Part shown: positions 21,323-33,427 of the stretch, piece after piece
How the letters are laid out: every line of letters starts with the position of its first letter
Numbering within the stretch: position 1 is the first letter of the stretch
Source of the DNA: an uncultured Planctomycetota bacterium
GTDB lineage: Bacteria > Planctomycetota > Planctomycetia > Isosphaerales > Isosphaeraceae
Reading direction: 5' to 3'
Assembly (NCBI GenBank): GCA_963823665.1
Contig: CAWGMQ010000003.1
Span: 1,280,001 to 1,344,000 of the forward strand
DNA length: 64,000 bases
The notes under the pieces: model-generated
Databases searched by the model: none
Told to the model about the DNA's origin: nothing
What the model saw: the letters and a program-made list of their open reading frames with translations, nothing else
Translations under genes and position numbers: made by a program

Positions 21323-21544
21323 CAGCTCGAAACGCGACAGTACTTGTGCGTGATCTTGAGGAGTGGTTTATCATCAGAGGCGGCGAGCCTCTACCGCGGG
21401 TTTACGTCTCCTCTCGATCGAACAACGCCTGACGGTTACAACAACGTGCTTCGGCGTCGTGATGCCTTCCTCTGTGTCGCGGAGCGATCAGGCATCCCGG
21501 AACGGAAGCCCGGTGACTTCGCTCCGGCGACTTTCTGAAAAACC

Positions 21545-21587
21545 CAGACCTTTTGCGACGGCGAGAACCTCTAATCAGGTAGGATTC
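21545..21587 (+). promoter_or_regulatory. Conserved element upstream of ECF copy A
   Basis: CAGACC-N17-CCTCTA-N2-CAGGTAGGATTC; repeated with identical spacing at 42122-42164. Confidence 0.55.
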
Positions 21588-21631
21588 GGCCAACCGCGTG
21601 ATCGATCCGTGAGAAACGAGCGCGTGCAGTC

Positions 21632-24600
21632 ATGGACAACGGGAAGTTAGCGCCAAAACTGCGAAATGAGATCCGCTCGCTCTGGAGTGTCGGAGCGCTG
21701 GGTCTCGGCGCAGACCCAGACTTGCTGGAGAACTACATTCAGGGAGGTGACAGAGCCGAGTTGGCTTTCGCCGCACTGGTCGAGCGACATAGGCGGACCG
21801 TGCTCCAGATTTGCCGGAACGTACTGGGCGATTGCCACCTCGCGGCAGACTCGTTTCAGGTGACGTTCCTGATCCTGGCGCGCCGGGCAGATTCCATTCG
21901 TGATCCCACCTCGCTGGAACACTGGCTCCATCGCGTGGCGCGACGGGTCGCCATCCGAGCGCGGGCCGCCGCGGACCGTAGGAAACTCGGGCAATTCTCC
22001 GAGTCCGCGGAGATACCGGTCAACCACGGTAACCCACTCGAACACGACGAGATTCGTGCGATTGTCCGCGAAGAGATCGATCGTCTCGACGACGCCCTGC
22101 GCAACCCGATCATGCTATGCGCCCTCGAGGGCCTGACGCACGAGGAGGCCGCAAAGCGGCTCCAATGGCCGGTCGGAACCGTCAAGAGCCGGCTGGTGCG
22201 CGGCCGCCGCCAATTGAAAAGCCGCCTGGCGCGACGCGGGCTCGCGCCCGCAGTCGCGTTCGCCATCGCCGGCCCAGCTCGAGCGTCGACTTTGGTCACG
22301 ACTCCGCGCGTGCTGGCGGCGGCCACGACCCGCGTTGTGTTCGGCGGTCCGGCCGGCGCGGCGCGTTCACGACTTCGGCAGCCTGGCTGCTCGGGCAGGA
22401 GCTCAGGGCGATGACGTTCGCGAAGTTCAAGATTGCTGCCGCAACCTTCACGGGCGGCGTCGCGGTCATGTTGTTCGGCGTTGCCATGGCCGGCCCGTTC
22501 GGACAGCACCGTCCACCGCTCGCGGCTCAATCGCCCGGTGCCACGGAGATTGCGGCCAGATCGACGAGGTCGCATAAATCCCCGCAAGACAAAGACCAGA
22601 ACGAGAACGTTGGGGCTGCGGTCAAGCTTGCGGCTCATGGGCACGTCGTGGATGCGGCCGGCCGGCCGGTCGCCGGCGCGAGTGTGTTCATCCGGGAGTG
22701 GGCAATTCTGCGCACCACCGAGACAACGGCGGACGAGAGTGAAGAGCGGCTCCGCGGCGCGGAGATCGCTGACATCCTGGGCCAGACCACGACCGGCAAC
22801 GACGGTCGATTTCAGTTCCAGAATGTGGCCGCGCCGGCGTTTCGTTACATCGGCCCCCTCGGCAAGGGTTATTACCCGTGGGATCTCGTGGCGATTGCAC
22901 CCGGCCACGGCCTGGCGTGGACACGCCTCACGAACGCGAACCAGCGAACCGAGATCGCACTGAAGCTTCCTGTCGAGGGGATCCTGCGCGGCCGCCTGGT
23001 CGAGACCCAGGGCCGGCCGATCGCCGCGGCGCGGATCAAGGTTTTCGCAGTCTATCCACTCGGGTACCTGAATCCGAGACTGCACGATGACCCCGCACAC
23101 CTGGACCTGACCTGGTCGTCGATTCCACTCCTGGCGACGACCGGGCCGGACGGAACCTTCACGCTGCGCGGCCTGCCGGCGCGATTCAGACCTGCCTGGT
23201 CATCACCGAGCCGCACCACGAGCGCAAGGTCATTTACGCCGCAACGACGAGCACGCCACAGCTAGCCGTATCCAGCGATCCGGGCCAGCGAAGCGTCGAG
23301 AGTGATCGCGTTTATCCCGAGGAGTTCACACTCACGCTCAAATCGACTGACCGTCGCCTTGTCGGCCATGTCGTGCTCGACGCGACCGGCAAGCCGGCCG
23401 CGTGGGCAGAGGTGAGCTTGAATCACCGCCGCAAAGTCACCGCAGACGCGGACGGCAAATTCGTGCTCGAGAGCCTCCCGGCGGGGGATATTGAGATGGA
23501 ACTGGGGGCGCCCACGATGGACGCGGCTCCGGTCAGCGCGCTTGTGAAGATTCCGGAGAGCAGCGGAACCACCGACCAGACCTTCAGGCTGCCGCCGGCA
23601 ATGGTGCTCTGCGGCCGGGTTGTCGATGCCGAGTCCGGCGCCGGCATCAGCGACGCCGTTTTGACGTACCGGGCTCGGCTCGAGCCAGGCCAGGAGCCCA
23701 CCGAAATCACTTTCGCCGCCACGACCACGGCCGGTGGCCGTTTTCGGCTCGCTGCGCCGCCAGGACGCGGCGTGCTCGAGATCCGGGAGCTTCCCGCGCT
23801 GTACCCGATCCCACGGGTCGTCAGGAGAGGCTCGAATATCGCGGCGACGTTCACTCGCGAACTCGGCGGAAAGGCCTGTGATAAAGTCGATGTTCCGAGC
23901 TTTCGACTGAATCGAGGAAAGCCCGTTGCGATCGTGGTGCGTGACCCGGAAGGCCGCCCCGTCGTGGGGGCGGGTGTCGCCGGTGTCAATCTCGGCCCGG
24001 TTCAACCGGCGGCGCGGACCGACGCCCAGGGACGGTGCGAACTGTACAACCTGGATCGCGAGAACGGATTCACGCTGGATGTAACCGATCCGACCAGGCC
24101 GCTCGGACGCCGAGTGGCCGTAGGGCCAGACGCTCCCGACAACGCGAACTCTGATGGCACGATCGAAGTCAAGCTCGAGCCGTGCGGATCGCTCATCGGC
24201 CGGGTGCTCGACATCGACGGCCGCCCGACGACGTTTGCAGTGGCCCGACTCTGGGCAGTCATCGAGTACCCCACTTCGGGGCGACGCATGCTACCCACGA
24301 CGGTCGATGTTCAAGACGACGGCACGTTCAAGTGCGGTCGCCTCATCGCGGGGGTAAGCTATCGCATCAACATCCTGGACGACGACCACGTGACCTGGCT
24401 CGGTGATCCGATCAGGGCGAGACCAGGCGATATTCAAAACCTTGGAGAGATCCGGCTGCCGTGCGCCGACCAGCAAGCTAGCGGTGTCGTTGTCGACGCG
24501 CGCGGTCGCGGGGTCGGCTGGGCGACTGTCGGATTCGAGCGCGATTCTGGCCGAGACAAGACCAGTCCCCCGACGGGCTCCCATTGGTTCCTCGAAACCG

Positions 24601-24782
24601 ATGGGCACGGGCGATTCCGCCTGAGCGGCCTGCCGACGGGCACAATCAACTTACTCGCCTACCGGCGTCGCGATGGCGATCGCTCGGATCGACAGACGAT
24701 TCACGTCCAGGCCCACGCCGGCGCAACCGACGTCAGGATCGTTCTGCCCGACATCGACGACCGGCTTCGAGGCGTCGAATGA
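21632..24782 (+). CDS. ECF sigma-70 factor with TM helix and long carboxypeptidase-regulatory-like extension (copy A, frameshifted)
   Basis: AFAALVERH, DSFQVTFLILARRA, WPVGTVKSRL, then repeated G.V.D..GRPV.GA modules across ORFs 21632, 22117 and 23373. Confidence 0.88.
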
Positions 24783-24807
24783 ATCACTCAGGCGGTTCTT
24801 CGGGTGC

Positions 24808-24896
24808 TCAATCCAGAAATACAAGATTCTGCATGGACTGTGCCTGGTGCTCGTTGTTCATGAGCACCAGATTCCAGCCGTGCAAGACGATCGTGC
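24808..24896 (-). pseudogene. 3' remnant (~30 codons) of the gene at 44137..44946
   Basis: Translates TIVLHGWNLVLMNNEHQAQSMQNLVFLD* versus TIILHDWHQVLMNTENQAKSMQNLAFLD*; both stops lie 25 nt from the ECF stop. Confidence 0.85.
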
Positions 24897-25043
24897 TCTG
24901 GCTCATCGGGGTATGGCATGCTGAGCGGAGCTTGATCGATTGCGCGGGAAGGGTTCTCGGGGCATACTGGGCCGCAAACAGCGTGTTGGCCTTGGTGCTC
25001 CTCTATCTGTTCATGGTCTAGGTCGTTGGAAAAGGTCAACGAA

Positions 25044-25191
25044 CAGCATTTCAAGGAGCTGGATGCCCTCTTCATCCTGGACGACTATCGAGGCCCGTCT
25101 GGGATCGCAGGAAGCGTTTTCCTGATGTTTGACCGTAAAGGACTGACCGCTCGCGAGCTTGACGAGGAGTGGTGTGAACGGGCGAGCGGTG
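25044..25191 (-). pseudogene. Internal remnant of the small gene at 41752..42000
   Basis: 148 nt colinear with 41821..41968: PFTPLLVKLASGQSFTVKHQENASCDPR versus PFTPFLVKLAGGQSFTVKHPENASCDPR. Confidence 0.85.
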
Positions 25192-25229
25192 TGCACATGG
25201 ATGTTACGTCCGCACCGATGCCGCGAGCC

Positions 25230-25478
25230 TCACGACCGGAAGATCTCTTGCCCGACTTGCTCCCGCAGAGCGTGGAGTTCACACGAGATGCTGCCGTAGA
25301 AGAGCTCGCCCGCGGCGAGCACCAGCGAGCAAACGGCGCCGACGGCGAACACGGCCAGTAGCGCTGGCAACAAATAAAGGCCGAGACCGACCTGAATCAG
25401 GTGACCGGGTAACAGCGCCAGCGCCGGTATGATGTGTATCATCGTGAATGCACTCTCTCCGTTCGGTGAAGGCTGCAC
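25230..25478 (-). CDS. Small hydrophobic hypothetical protein
   Basis: Long hydrophobic stretch; co-oriented with the upstream cluster; start uncertain. Confidence 0.4.
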   Translation of the reverse strand: MQPSPNGESAFTMIHIIPALALLPGHLIQVGLGLYLLPALLAVFAVGAVCSLVLAAGELFYGSISCELHALREQVGQEIFRS

Positions 25479-25517
25479 TTTGAACTAATCCCGCAGAGGC
25501 GTGCGATGCGGACGAGA

Positions 25518-26896
25518 TCACGCCATGATCTCGCTCACGACCTGGCCAGCCACGTCCGTCAGCCGGAAATCACGTCCAGCATAAGGATAGGTGAGCCGTC
25601 GATGATCGAGGCCCAGAAGCGCCAGCAGCGTGGCATGGAGGTCGTTGGTGTGCATGCGGCCCTCGACGGTGCGCATACCAAATTCGTCGGTGGCACCATA
25701 CGAGAATCCCTGCTTGATGCCGGCGCCGGCGAGCCACATGGTATAGCCGGTGATGTTGTGGTCGCGGCCGTCCTGACCCTGCGAAGTCGGCTGGCGCCCG
25801 AACTCGCTGCCGAACAAGACGAGTGTCTCCGCGAGCAGGCCCCGCTGCTCGAGGTCGGCCAGAAGGGCGGCGGTCGGCTGGTCGACGGAAGCGCAGCGGT
25901 CGATCAACCCGTTGTGAAGGTTATTGTGATGGTCCCAACCGGGCTGGCAGATCTCGACGAATCGCACGCCAGCCTCGGAAAGCCGCCGGGCCATCACGCA
26001 CTGGCGCGAAACGCGCCTGCCGGACCGGGCTTCACGCCGTACGCGTCGAGCACCGCCTGCGGCTCGCGGGAGATGTCGAGCAGCTCCGGTACCTTCCCCT
26101 GCATGCGGAACGCCAGCTCGTATGATTCGATGATGCCGTCAAGCTCTTCCGGCGCGCCCGGGGAGTCCGCGCTGTTGCGGTTCATCGCCTGGATCAGCTC
26201 GAGCTGCCTGCGCTGTTGTTTGGCCGCGATCTGCGGCTTCAGATTGGGCACGTATCCTTGATCGTTGATGCGCGTGCCCTGGAAGTGAGCGGGAAGAAAT
26301 GCGCTTCCGTAGTTCACCGCGCCGCCGAAGTTGGGCGGTGGGTTGATGGTGACGTAGCCGGGGAGGTCCTGGTTCTCGGTTCCCAGGCCATAGAGAAGCC
26401 ACGCCCCCATGCTCGGCCGGGTGAGCGCGGCATTGGCGCTGCCGGTGTGCAACTGAACCACTGCCTGGGGATGGGCCGGCGTGTCGGTGTAGAGGCCGCG
26501 TAGCCAGCAGAGCTTGTCGGCATGGACGGCCATGTGAGGCATGAGCTCGGAGAACCACGTTCCCGACTCGCCGTGCTGCCGAAAACCGAACTTCGAGGCA
26601 GTGAGGGTTCCGCCGCCCGGGCCTGGTTTCCCGCCATTAAGCTGAAGCTGCGGCTTGTACTCGAACGTGTCCATCTGCGAGATCGCGCCTTGCATGAACA
26701 GAAAGATGATCCTGGTCGCCTTCGGCTTGAAGTGGGGCGGTTTCGCGGCGAGCGGCTGTGACGCTCGAGCGCCGGAGGCACGCGTTGCGGCCTGCCCGAG
26801 CATGCCCGCCAGCGCCAATTGGCCGAAACCCGCGCCGGCGCACCGGAGAACCTGGCGACGTGAGAGTGGAAACTCGGTCCGATCGGCAGCAAACAC
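25518..26896 (-). CDS. DUF1501 family protein (frameshift near 26010)
   Basis: LSRRQVLR Tat-like motif, IIFLFMQGAISQMDTF, RPSMGAW, YELAFRMQ, GWDHH, SEFGR, GRDHN. Confidence 0.92.
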
Positions 26897-26940
26897 GTGA
26901 CTCTCCTTGGATAGAACCCATTCTGATGATCGCGGACACG

Positions 26941-29548
26941 TCACCTGACGTAGCGGAACTCGGCCGTGCCGAAGAGCGCCTGCGCCAGTGCGAGCCAGGC
27001 TTCGGTGCGGGCATCTGCCGCTCGCACCGTAGGCAGAGCGATCGGCTCACCTGTCTGGTCGGCCTCATCCGGGTTTTCAGGTCGAGGTTTGGGTTTGGCC
27101 TGCGCCTCGGGCGTGGCGGCGATTGCGACCTGCGGTTCTCCATCGCCGTCGCCGTCGAGCTCGGCCTGGGCTGCCTGGTATTCCGTCAGGAAGACCCGGC
27201 TGCGCTGGGTGTCGCCCTCGGTCGGCGAGCGTCCCAGAACCAGGCGGTAAAGCGTCCGAAGGCGGTCTTCGTCCGTCGCCTTCTGGTCGAGGAGCCGTTC
27301 GGCCAGGGCCAGCGCCTGCCCACGAACGAACGGCGAGTTCAGCAGATAGAGGGCCTGGCCGGGCACCGTCGTGACCTGCCGCGCTCCGGTGACCAGTGTC
27401 TGATCGACGGGATCAAATGCCTCGAGCGGTCGCGGCGTGATACCCCGCAGCAGCGGCAGGTAGACGCTGCGCTCCCTGCTCGCATCGGCGTTCTCCAAGA
27501 TCGCGCGGGCTTCCGGGCCGTTGTCGCGGATTTCAACCATCTTCAGGTCGTGCATCGGCGAGGCGGCGTGCCGTTGCAGTTTGAGGCCGCCGGAGGCAGC
27601 GAGCATCGCGTCGCGAAGCTCCGCCGAATCAAGCCGGCGCGGGCTGTGCCGCCAGACGAGCGAATTCGCCGGATCGGTGCTGAGATGCTTCGGCGTAGCC
27701 TTCGAGCCGAGTTGATATGTCCGGCTCAAGACGATCGCTCGCACCAGTCGCTTGATCGACCATCCATCGCGGATGAAGCGTGTCGCGAGGTGGTCGAGCA
27801 GCTCCGGATTTGATGGCGGATCCCCTGTTGTTCCGAAGTTGTCGACGGTCGAAACCATCCCCCGGCCGAAGAGGTGGTACCACACGCGGTTGACAATCAC
27901 CCTCGGGGTAAGCGGGTTACGCGCACTGGTGAGCCAACCGGCCAGCTCCAATCGACCACTCTGCTTCGCATTCACGCCAGGGACGCCGGGAACGTCGAAG
28001 GCCGTCATGAACCCTCGCGGCACCATCGGCCCGAGCTTCTCCGCCTGACCGCGAATGCGGATCTCGGTGTCACCGATCTCCTTCGAATCCCTGGCGCCGT
28101 GCACCGCAAGGCCGCGGGCCGCCGGATCAGTCAACGCGAGTGACTCAGCGCGCAGCCGTTCGTACTCCACGCGGTATCGCCGTTGCACTGGAAGGCCGTT
28201 CGGACCTTTCGCCAGCCCCTCCGGCGTACCGCGGATCGCATCCCAGGCCTTCTTGGCCTCGGCGACCTTGGCATCGAGCGCGCGAACCTCTTGCTCAGGC
28301 GGCGGGAGGACATCGCCCGAGAGCCGCACCAGCATCGACGGATCGTAGTATTCGAGCCCGCCGCCGCCCATCTTGCTGCGCACGCCGGCACAGTTGTCGG
28401 TACTGGTGAATATGCCGGCCAGCGCGTAGTAGTCGGCGGTCGGGATCGGGTCGAACTTGTGATCGTGGCAGCGCGCAGGTAACCGTCAGGGCGAGGACCG
28501 ACCGACTGACGGCGTCGATCTGGTCGTCGACGTTGTCCATCACGAATCGCACCTTGAACCGCTGGTTCACATCCTTGACTCCGAGGGAAAGAAAGCCCGT
28601 GGCGGTAAGCAGCCGGTCTCGCTCGCCGGGCGAGGAAGCGGCAAGCAGGTCGCCGGCGATCTGCTCCTTGACGAATCGATCGAACGGCACGTCGGCGTTC
28701 ACCGCATCGATGACGTAGTCGCGGTACTTCCAGGCGTGCGGATACGGAATATTCCGCGAAGGGCCGGTCGAATCCGCGTATCGCGCCACGTCCAGCCAGT
28801 GCTGGCCCCAGCGCTCGCCGAACTGCGGAGAAGCGATCAGGCCGTCCACTAGCCGGGCAAAAGCGCCAGGCAGGTCGTCGCTCCGAAATGCATCGAGCTC
28901 GCCGGGGTCCGGCGGCAGTCCCGTCAGGTCGAACCTGACTCGGCGCAGCAGCGTGGCGCGGTCAGCATCCTCGACCGGGTCGAGCCCTGCTTCCTCGAGC
29001 CCGGCCAGCACGAACCGATCGAGCTCGTCCCTCGGCCATGAAGGCTTGCTCACGGCGGGAGGCTCAGGATTTGAAAGGGGCTGCCAGGCCCAGTGCTCTC
29101 TCTTGAGAGGTTCGTACCATTCGTGTGCCTGGCCGAGCGATGCGGGAACCTTCGCCGGCGGCCAGGGTGCTCCGTCGCTGATCCAGCGCGAGAGCGCAGC
29201 GATCTGCTCATCTGTCAGAGGTTGCCCCTCCTTGGGCATCCGCTTGTTCGAGCTCTTGTGTTTCACGCGCTCGAGCAACAGGCTTGCCTCCGGTTTGCCC
29301 GGCACCACGGCCGGCCCGCTGTTTCCGCCGGCGAGCAAGCCGTTGCGATCGTCCACCCGGAGACCGCCCGAGGGCTTGGTGTCGGCCGAATGACACGTGT
29401 AGCAATGGTCGACCAGGATCGGCCGGACTGTCGTCTCGAACCGCTCGAGGTCCGTGCCGCGCTCGCCCGGAGCGTCGGCAAATGCCACCGGTACCATGCA
29501 GATAGTCACCGCCGCGAGCCGGGCGAGGAAGCGTGTTATTGAGGTCAT
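26941..29548 (-). CDS. DUF1549/DUF1553 planctomycete cytochrome c protein (frameshift near 28470)
   Basis: CYTCH, LLRRVRFDLTGLPP, GERWGQHWLDVARYADS, SGRLELA, NRVWYHLFGRG, PELLDHLA. Confidence 0.92.
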
Positions 29549-29594
29549 GAGTCAACCACTTTGATCGTGAAATCAATCCAAGGGAAAGGCCGTC

Positions 29595-30994
29595 TCACTG
29601 CGAAGCACGGGCGACTTGCCGGCCCGGCCGCCACAGCGGGTCTTTGAGCTCGGCAGCCCAGGAGTTCCACAAGGACTGGAGCTCCGCGACCTTCTCCGGA
29701 CGCGCAGCCGCCAGATCCTCCTTCTCGCCCAGGTCGCGAGCCAGGTTGTACAGCCGCGGCTGTGTCACTTTCGCCTCGGTGCGTGCGTCAGACCGCGCAT
29801 TCGCTTCGTCGACAGTCCGGTCGTAGCGCACGAGCTTCCAGTCTCCCCGGCGAATGGCGGTCTGCTCGCCCAGCCGCCAGTAGAGCGCGTCGTGCGGCGT
29901 GCCAGAGAATTCGCCCTTCACGTAGGGAAGGAGGTTGACGCCGTCGAGCTTCCAATCCGGCAGAGCCTTGACCCCGGCCGCGGCCAGGACCGTCGGCAAA
30001 ACGTCGAGCTGGATCACGGGCTGTTCGTAGACGACTCCTTCCGGAAGCGACCCCTTCCAGCTCAGCACGAACGGCACGCGAATCCCCCCCTCGAGCGTGG
30101 TTCGTTTCGAGCCGCGCAGCGGGTCGTTGCGTGAAGCGTTGATCGTCGTGCCCGGCATGGTGGGTCCGCCGTTATCGCTCAGGAACACGATCAGCGTATC
30201 GCGCTCGAGCCCCGCCGTGCGCAGAGCCTCAAGCACCTTACCCACGCCTTCGTCCAGGGCGGTGAGCATCGCGGCATACGTCCGCCGCGACGGGTCGGTG
30301 ACGGATTCGAACCGGCGCAGGCGCTCGTCACTGGCGTGCATCGGGGTGTGAACCGCGTTGAACGCGAGATAGAGCAAGAACGGGTCGTGTTTGTGCCGCT
30401 CGACGAACGACACGGCTTCGCGAGCGAAGGCATCCGTCAGGTACTCGTGCTCCACGACGGGCTCGGCTCCGCGGTAGATCGGTGCGCCCTGGCCCGCGAA
30501 ATAAGGATGGGCACCGCCCAGGAAGCCGAAGAACTCGTCAAAGCCCCGGCGCTGCGGTTGAAACCGCGGGCGCCCCCCAGATGCCACTTGCCGACGATTC
30601 CGGTCACGTAGCCGGCCGCCTTGAGCCGGTCGGCGATCGTGGTTTCCGAAAGCGGCAGGCCGAAGCTCTCGGAATCGATTCCGCCGGGATTGAACTCATG
30701 GCCGAACCGCTGCTGGTAGCGGCCGGTCATCAGGCCTGCGCGGGTGGGGCTGCAATACGGCCCTGAAACGTAGCCGCTCGAACAGCGCACACCGCTCCGC
30801 GCCAGCGAGTCGAGGCTCGGGGTCGGGATATCGCGGCAGCCGTGGAAACCCACGTCGGCGTACCCGTGGTCGTCGGAAAGGATGATCAGGATGTTCGGCT
30901 TTCGTGGCTCGGCCGCAAGGCCGGCACCCGGCACGAGCAAGATCGCCGTCGACAGCGCGGCAATCGCGGACAGCAGCTTCAGATTCGAGCTCAT
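29595..30994 (-). CDS. Secreted formylglycine-dependent sulfatase (frameshift near 30570)
   Basis: KPNILIILSDD, CSPTRAGLMTG, GKWHLG, SDNGG, EGGIRVP. Confidence 0.93.
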
Positions 30995-31046
30995 TCTCAC
31001 GGTTGGTCCCTCTCTCTCTCTTGCAAGCACAGCGCCGGCGCCCGAA

Positions 31047-32129
31047 TCAGTAGCTGTCCGAGCTGATGACTTCGCCGCTCGCTCGGGTTCCCAGGGCCCA
31101 CCAGGCCGCCTGGTTGATCGAGTTCTTCACGAACTTGACACTCCCATCACCCATCAAAATATTCACGCCGCCCGGGTGGTTGCTGTTCGCAGTGACTAGC
31201 TCGGCGTCGCCGATGGCGGCACTGGAGCAGTAGCCCCACGGGAACAACTCGGTGTTGGGCGGCAACACGGTGTTAAACATCGTCTGGGCCTGGGTGCCAT
31301 GAAACCAGTAATTGCCGCGGGCCGTATTCAGCGTGCCCGAGCGATTGTTCCAGGCCGTGTTGCAAGCTTGCGCTCCGGCCTGGACGGAGGGCCAGCTCGA
31401 TGAGACGTCGAGTACCTGCGCCGCGACCGGCAGCGATGAAAGCTGAATGATCCCTGCCGCACGTGTCCAGGAGGTCGAGCTGTCGCCGACCAGTGCCTCG
31501 GAAAACGCGATCGTATTCGACGTGCCGTCTGTGCAGTGCTGAATGCCGTACGATCGCCAGAAGGTGAAGAGCCCCGTGCTGCCGGTTGTGGTCTGCGTAA
31601 CCGCCGTGATCGTGGTCGTACCGAAGCTGTCGACGTAGCTGTTCAGGTTCGTTATGCCCGCGTTGGGGTCGGATGGGCAGAGAAACTCGTTGACCTTGGT
31701 GAGATAGACCGTGCTCTGAATAGGCCCGCACGTGTGGCCCACGAACATTCCCCAGTTGAAGTTGATCGCGTTGTAAAGGGGCGTCTCTCCAAGGTAGCCG
31801 AGAAGCTGGCCATGGGCGCTGACGCCGTGCTCGGCCTGGTAAACTCCCAGGTCGACCATGTTCTTCGACGAACCCATCGGGAACACATTATTCGCGGTGT
31901 GGTAATTGTGCAGCGCGATCCCGATCTGCTTGAGATTGTTGGTGCACTGAATCCGCCTCGCCGCCTCCCGCGCTGCCTGCACGGCGGGCAAGAGCAGCGC
32001 GATCAATACCGCGATGATCGCGATCACGACGAGCAGCTCGATGAGGGTAAATCCCAATCGGTTCGAGCGGCGCCGACGAGATGGATGAGGGGCTGGCGCT
32101 GCCAGCCACTGGCGTTGCAGGGTAGACAT
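31047..32129 (-). CDS. DUF1559 protein with prepilin-type N-terminal motif
   Basis: [56 protein letters not shown]. Confidence 0.95.
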   Translation of the reverse strand: MSTLQRQWLAAPAPHPSRRRRSNRLGFTLIELLVVIAIIAVLIALLLPAVQAAREAARRIQCTNNLKQIGIALHNYHTANNVFPMGSSKNMVDLGVYQAEHGVSAHGQLLGYLGETPLYNAINFNWGMFVGHTCGPIQSTVYLTKVNEFLCPSDPNAGITNLNSYVDSFGTTTITAVTQTTTGSTGLFTFWRSYGIQHCTDGTSNTIAFSEALVGDSSTSWTRAAGIIQLSSLPVAAQVLDVSSSWPSVQAGAQACNTAWNNRSGTLNTARGNYWFHGTQAQTMFNTVLPPNTELFPWGYCSSAAIGDAELVTANSNHPGGVNILMGDGSVKFVKNSINQAAWWALGTRASGEVISSDSY

Positions 32130-32247
32130 TCGTGACTCCGACAGGTCTGAGGCGCCTCTGGTCGGACCAGTCAGCGCACTCCGCAATCGAGGTTAGAAAG
32201 CCTCTCGATGACGAGTCGGCGGCACGAAAACGAGCGAAACTGCTCCG

Positions 32248-32439
32248 CTAGCGAAGGCGTTGCTTCTCCACTCGCTCGATCTGGACGATCACGTAGTCCT
32301 GTATGATGACGCGGATTTCACCGTACCGAACACCCTTGATGGCGAGTCGAACCTGTTCGAGAACGCCATCGTGCGAAGGCACGGCAGTCGAGCAAACGGC
32401 TCCTTCTTCGTTCTGGGGGGAAGACCGCTTGATTGGCAT
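32248..32439 (-). CDS. YezD/DUF2292 small protein
   Basis: IKGVRYGEIRVIIQDYVIVQIERVEKQRL. Confidence 0.85.
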   Translation of the reverse strand: MPIKRSSPQNEEGAVCSTAVPSHDGVLEQVRLAIKGVRYGEIRVIIQDYVIVQIERVEKQRLR

Positions 32440-32591
32440 ACTTACACCACCGCGGCCCGAGGGCCAGCCCCAAAAGTGGGCGTGCCCTTATTGCCTCAAG
32501 GACCGCTGTCTCGAACATCCGGCATGAATAACGCACCTGACAAGCGACATTCTTCCAAGCAGAAAGTCACCGGTCAAGACCAAACTCAATT

Positions 32592-32613
32592 ATCTCGATC
32601 GAATTAGTGTAGA
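32592..32613. promoter_or_regulatory. Candidate Rrf2 operator, site A
   Basis: ATCTCGATCGAATTAGTGTAGA within an ATTATCT..AGATAAT inverted repeat; 18/22 identical to the reverse complement of 33296..33317. Confidence 0.65.
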
Positions 32614-32746
32614 TAATGTTCCTCGCGTTGCAATCTATCGGCTCCGGCAACTGCGGAGATGAATCTGAGCTGTGCTTCGTGAGACGTTTTCCCGGCGGCA
32701 AATGAGACTTCGAACCATTTCTGTGTGGATCAACGGTGATCGCCTT

Positions 32747-33157
32747 TCAAATGACCCAGTCCTGTGGATCGGCCTGTCGAGCGAGTTGCGCGATCGAGAC
32801 CGTTCCCAGCAGTCCGTGATAGGCTGCCTGTATCTGGTTCAGGGCTTCTGAGAGATTCCGTGCGGCCGGGGAAATACCTCGCTTGTAGCGCGAGTTTTGT
32901 CCGTCAATTGCCTCGACGACGTGCGACAGCGAGATCTGCGCGGGGCTCAAGGCAAGCTGATATCCGCCTCCAGAGCCGCGAGCGCTTCGAACAAGCCCCG
33001 CCGCCTTGAGGTGAAGAAGGATCTTGGGCAAATATTGCCGCGGAATCCCCTGCGCGTGGGCGATATCGCGGACCCTCCGCGGATATCCGTCGACGTTCGC
33101 CTGCGCGATGTCGATGAGCGCGAGGCAGGCGTAAGTGACCTTGGCCGAGATCCTCAT
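32747..33157 (-). CDS. Rrf2-family regulator lacking the C-terminal Cys triad (CymR-like)
   Basis: MRISAKVTYA, IPRQYLPKIL, GLVRSARGSGGGYQL; no Fe-S cysteines in the C-terminal half. Confidence 0.9.
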   Translation of the reverse strand: MRISAKVTYACLALIDIAQANVDGYPRRVRDIAHAQGIPRQYLPKILLHLKAAGLVRSARGSGGGYQLALSPAQISLSHVVEAIDGQNSRYKRGISPAARNLSEALNQIQAAYHGLLGTVSIAQLARQADPQDWVI

Positions 33158-33295
33158 CCTTGGGCCAAACTTCCCTTCGCGTGGGACGGGAGATCCCGCA
33201 TCGTGGCAGGTGACCGAGACGAATCAATGATCTCCGCGCAGCACACACGTGATCAGTCCGACACGACGCGGTACGCAAGCCGATATCGCAACGCT

Positions 33296-33317
33296 TCTTG
33301 ACTAATTCTATCGACAT
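33296..33317. promoter_or_regulatory. Candidate Rrf2 operator, site B (autoregulatory)
   Basis: TCTTGACTAATTCTATCGACAT, about 140 nt upstream of the Rrf2 start; matches site A. Confidence 0.65.
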
Positions 33318-33427
33318 TCTCAGGATCGGCAAGATGACTGTCCGATTCGCAATAAAATCGGCCGCGTACGAGGAATAGATCGCTCGCAGGCAACGATGTG
33401 TCAGAGCCGCCAAATTCGCCTGAGGGC

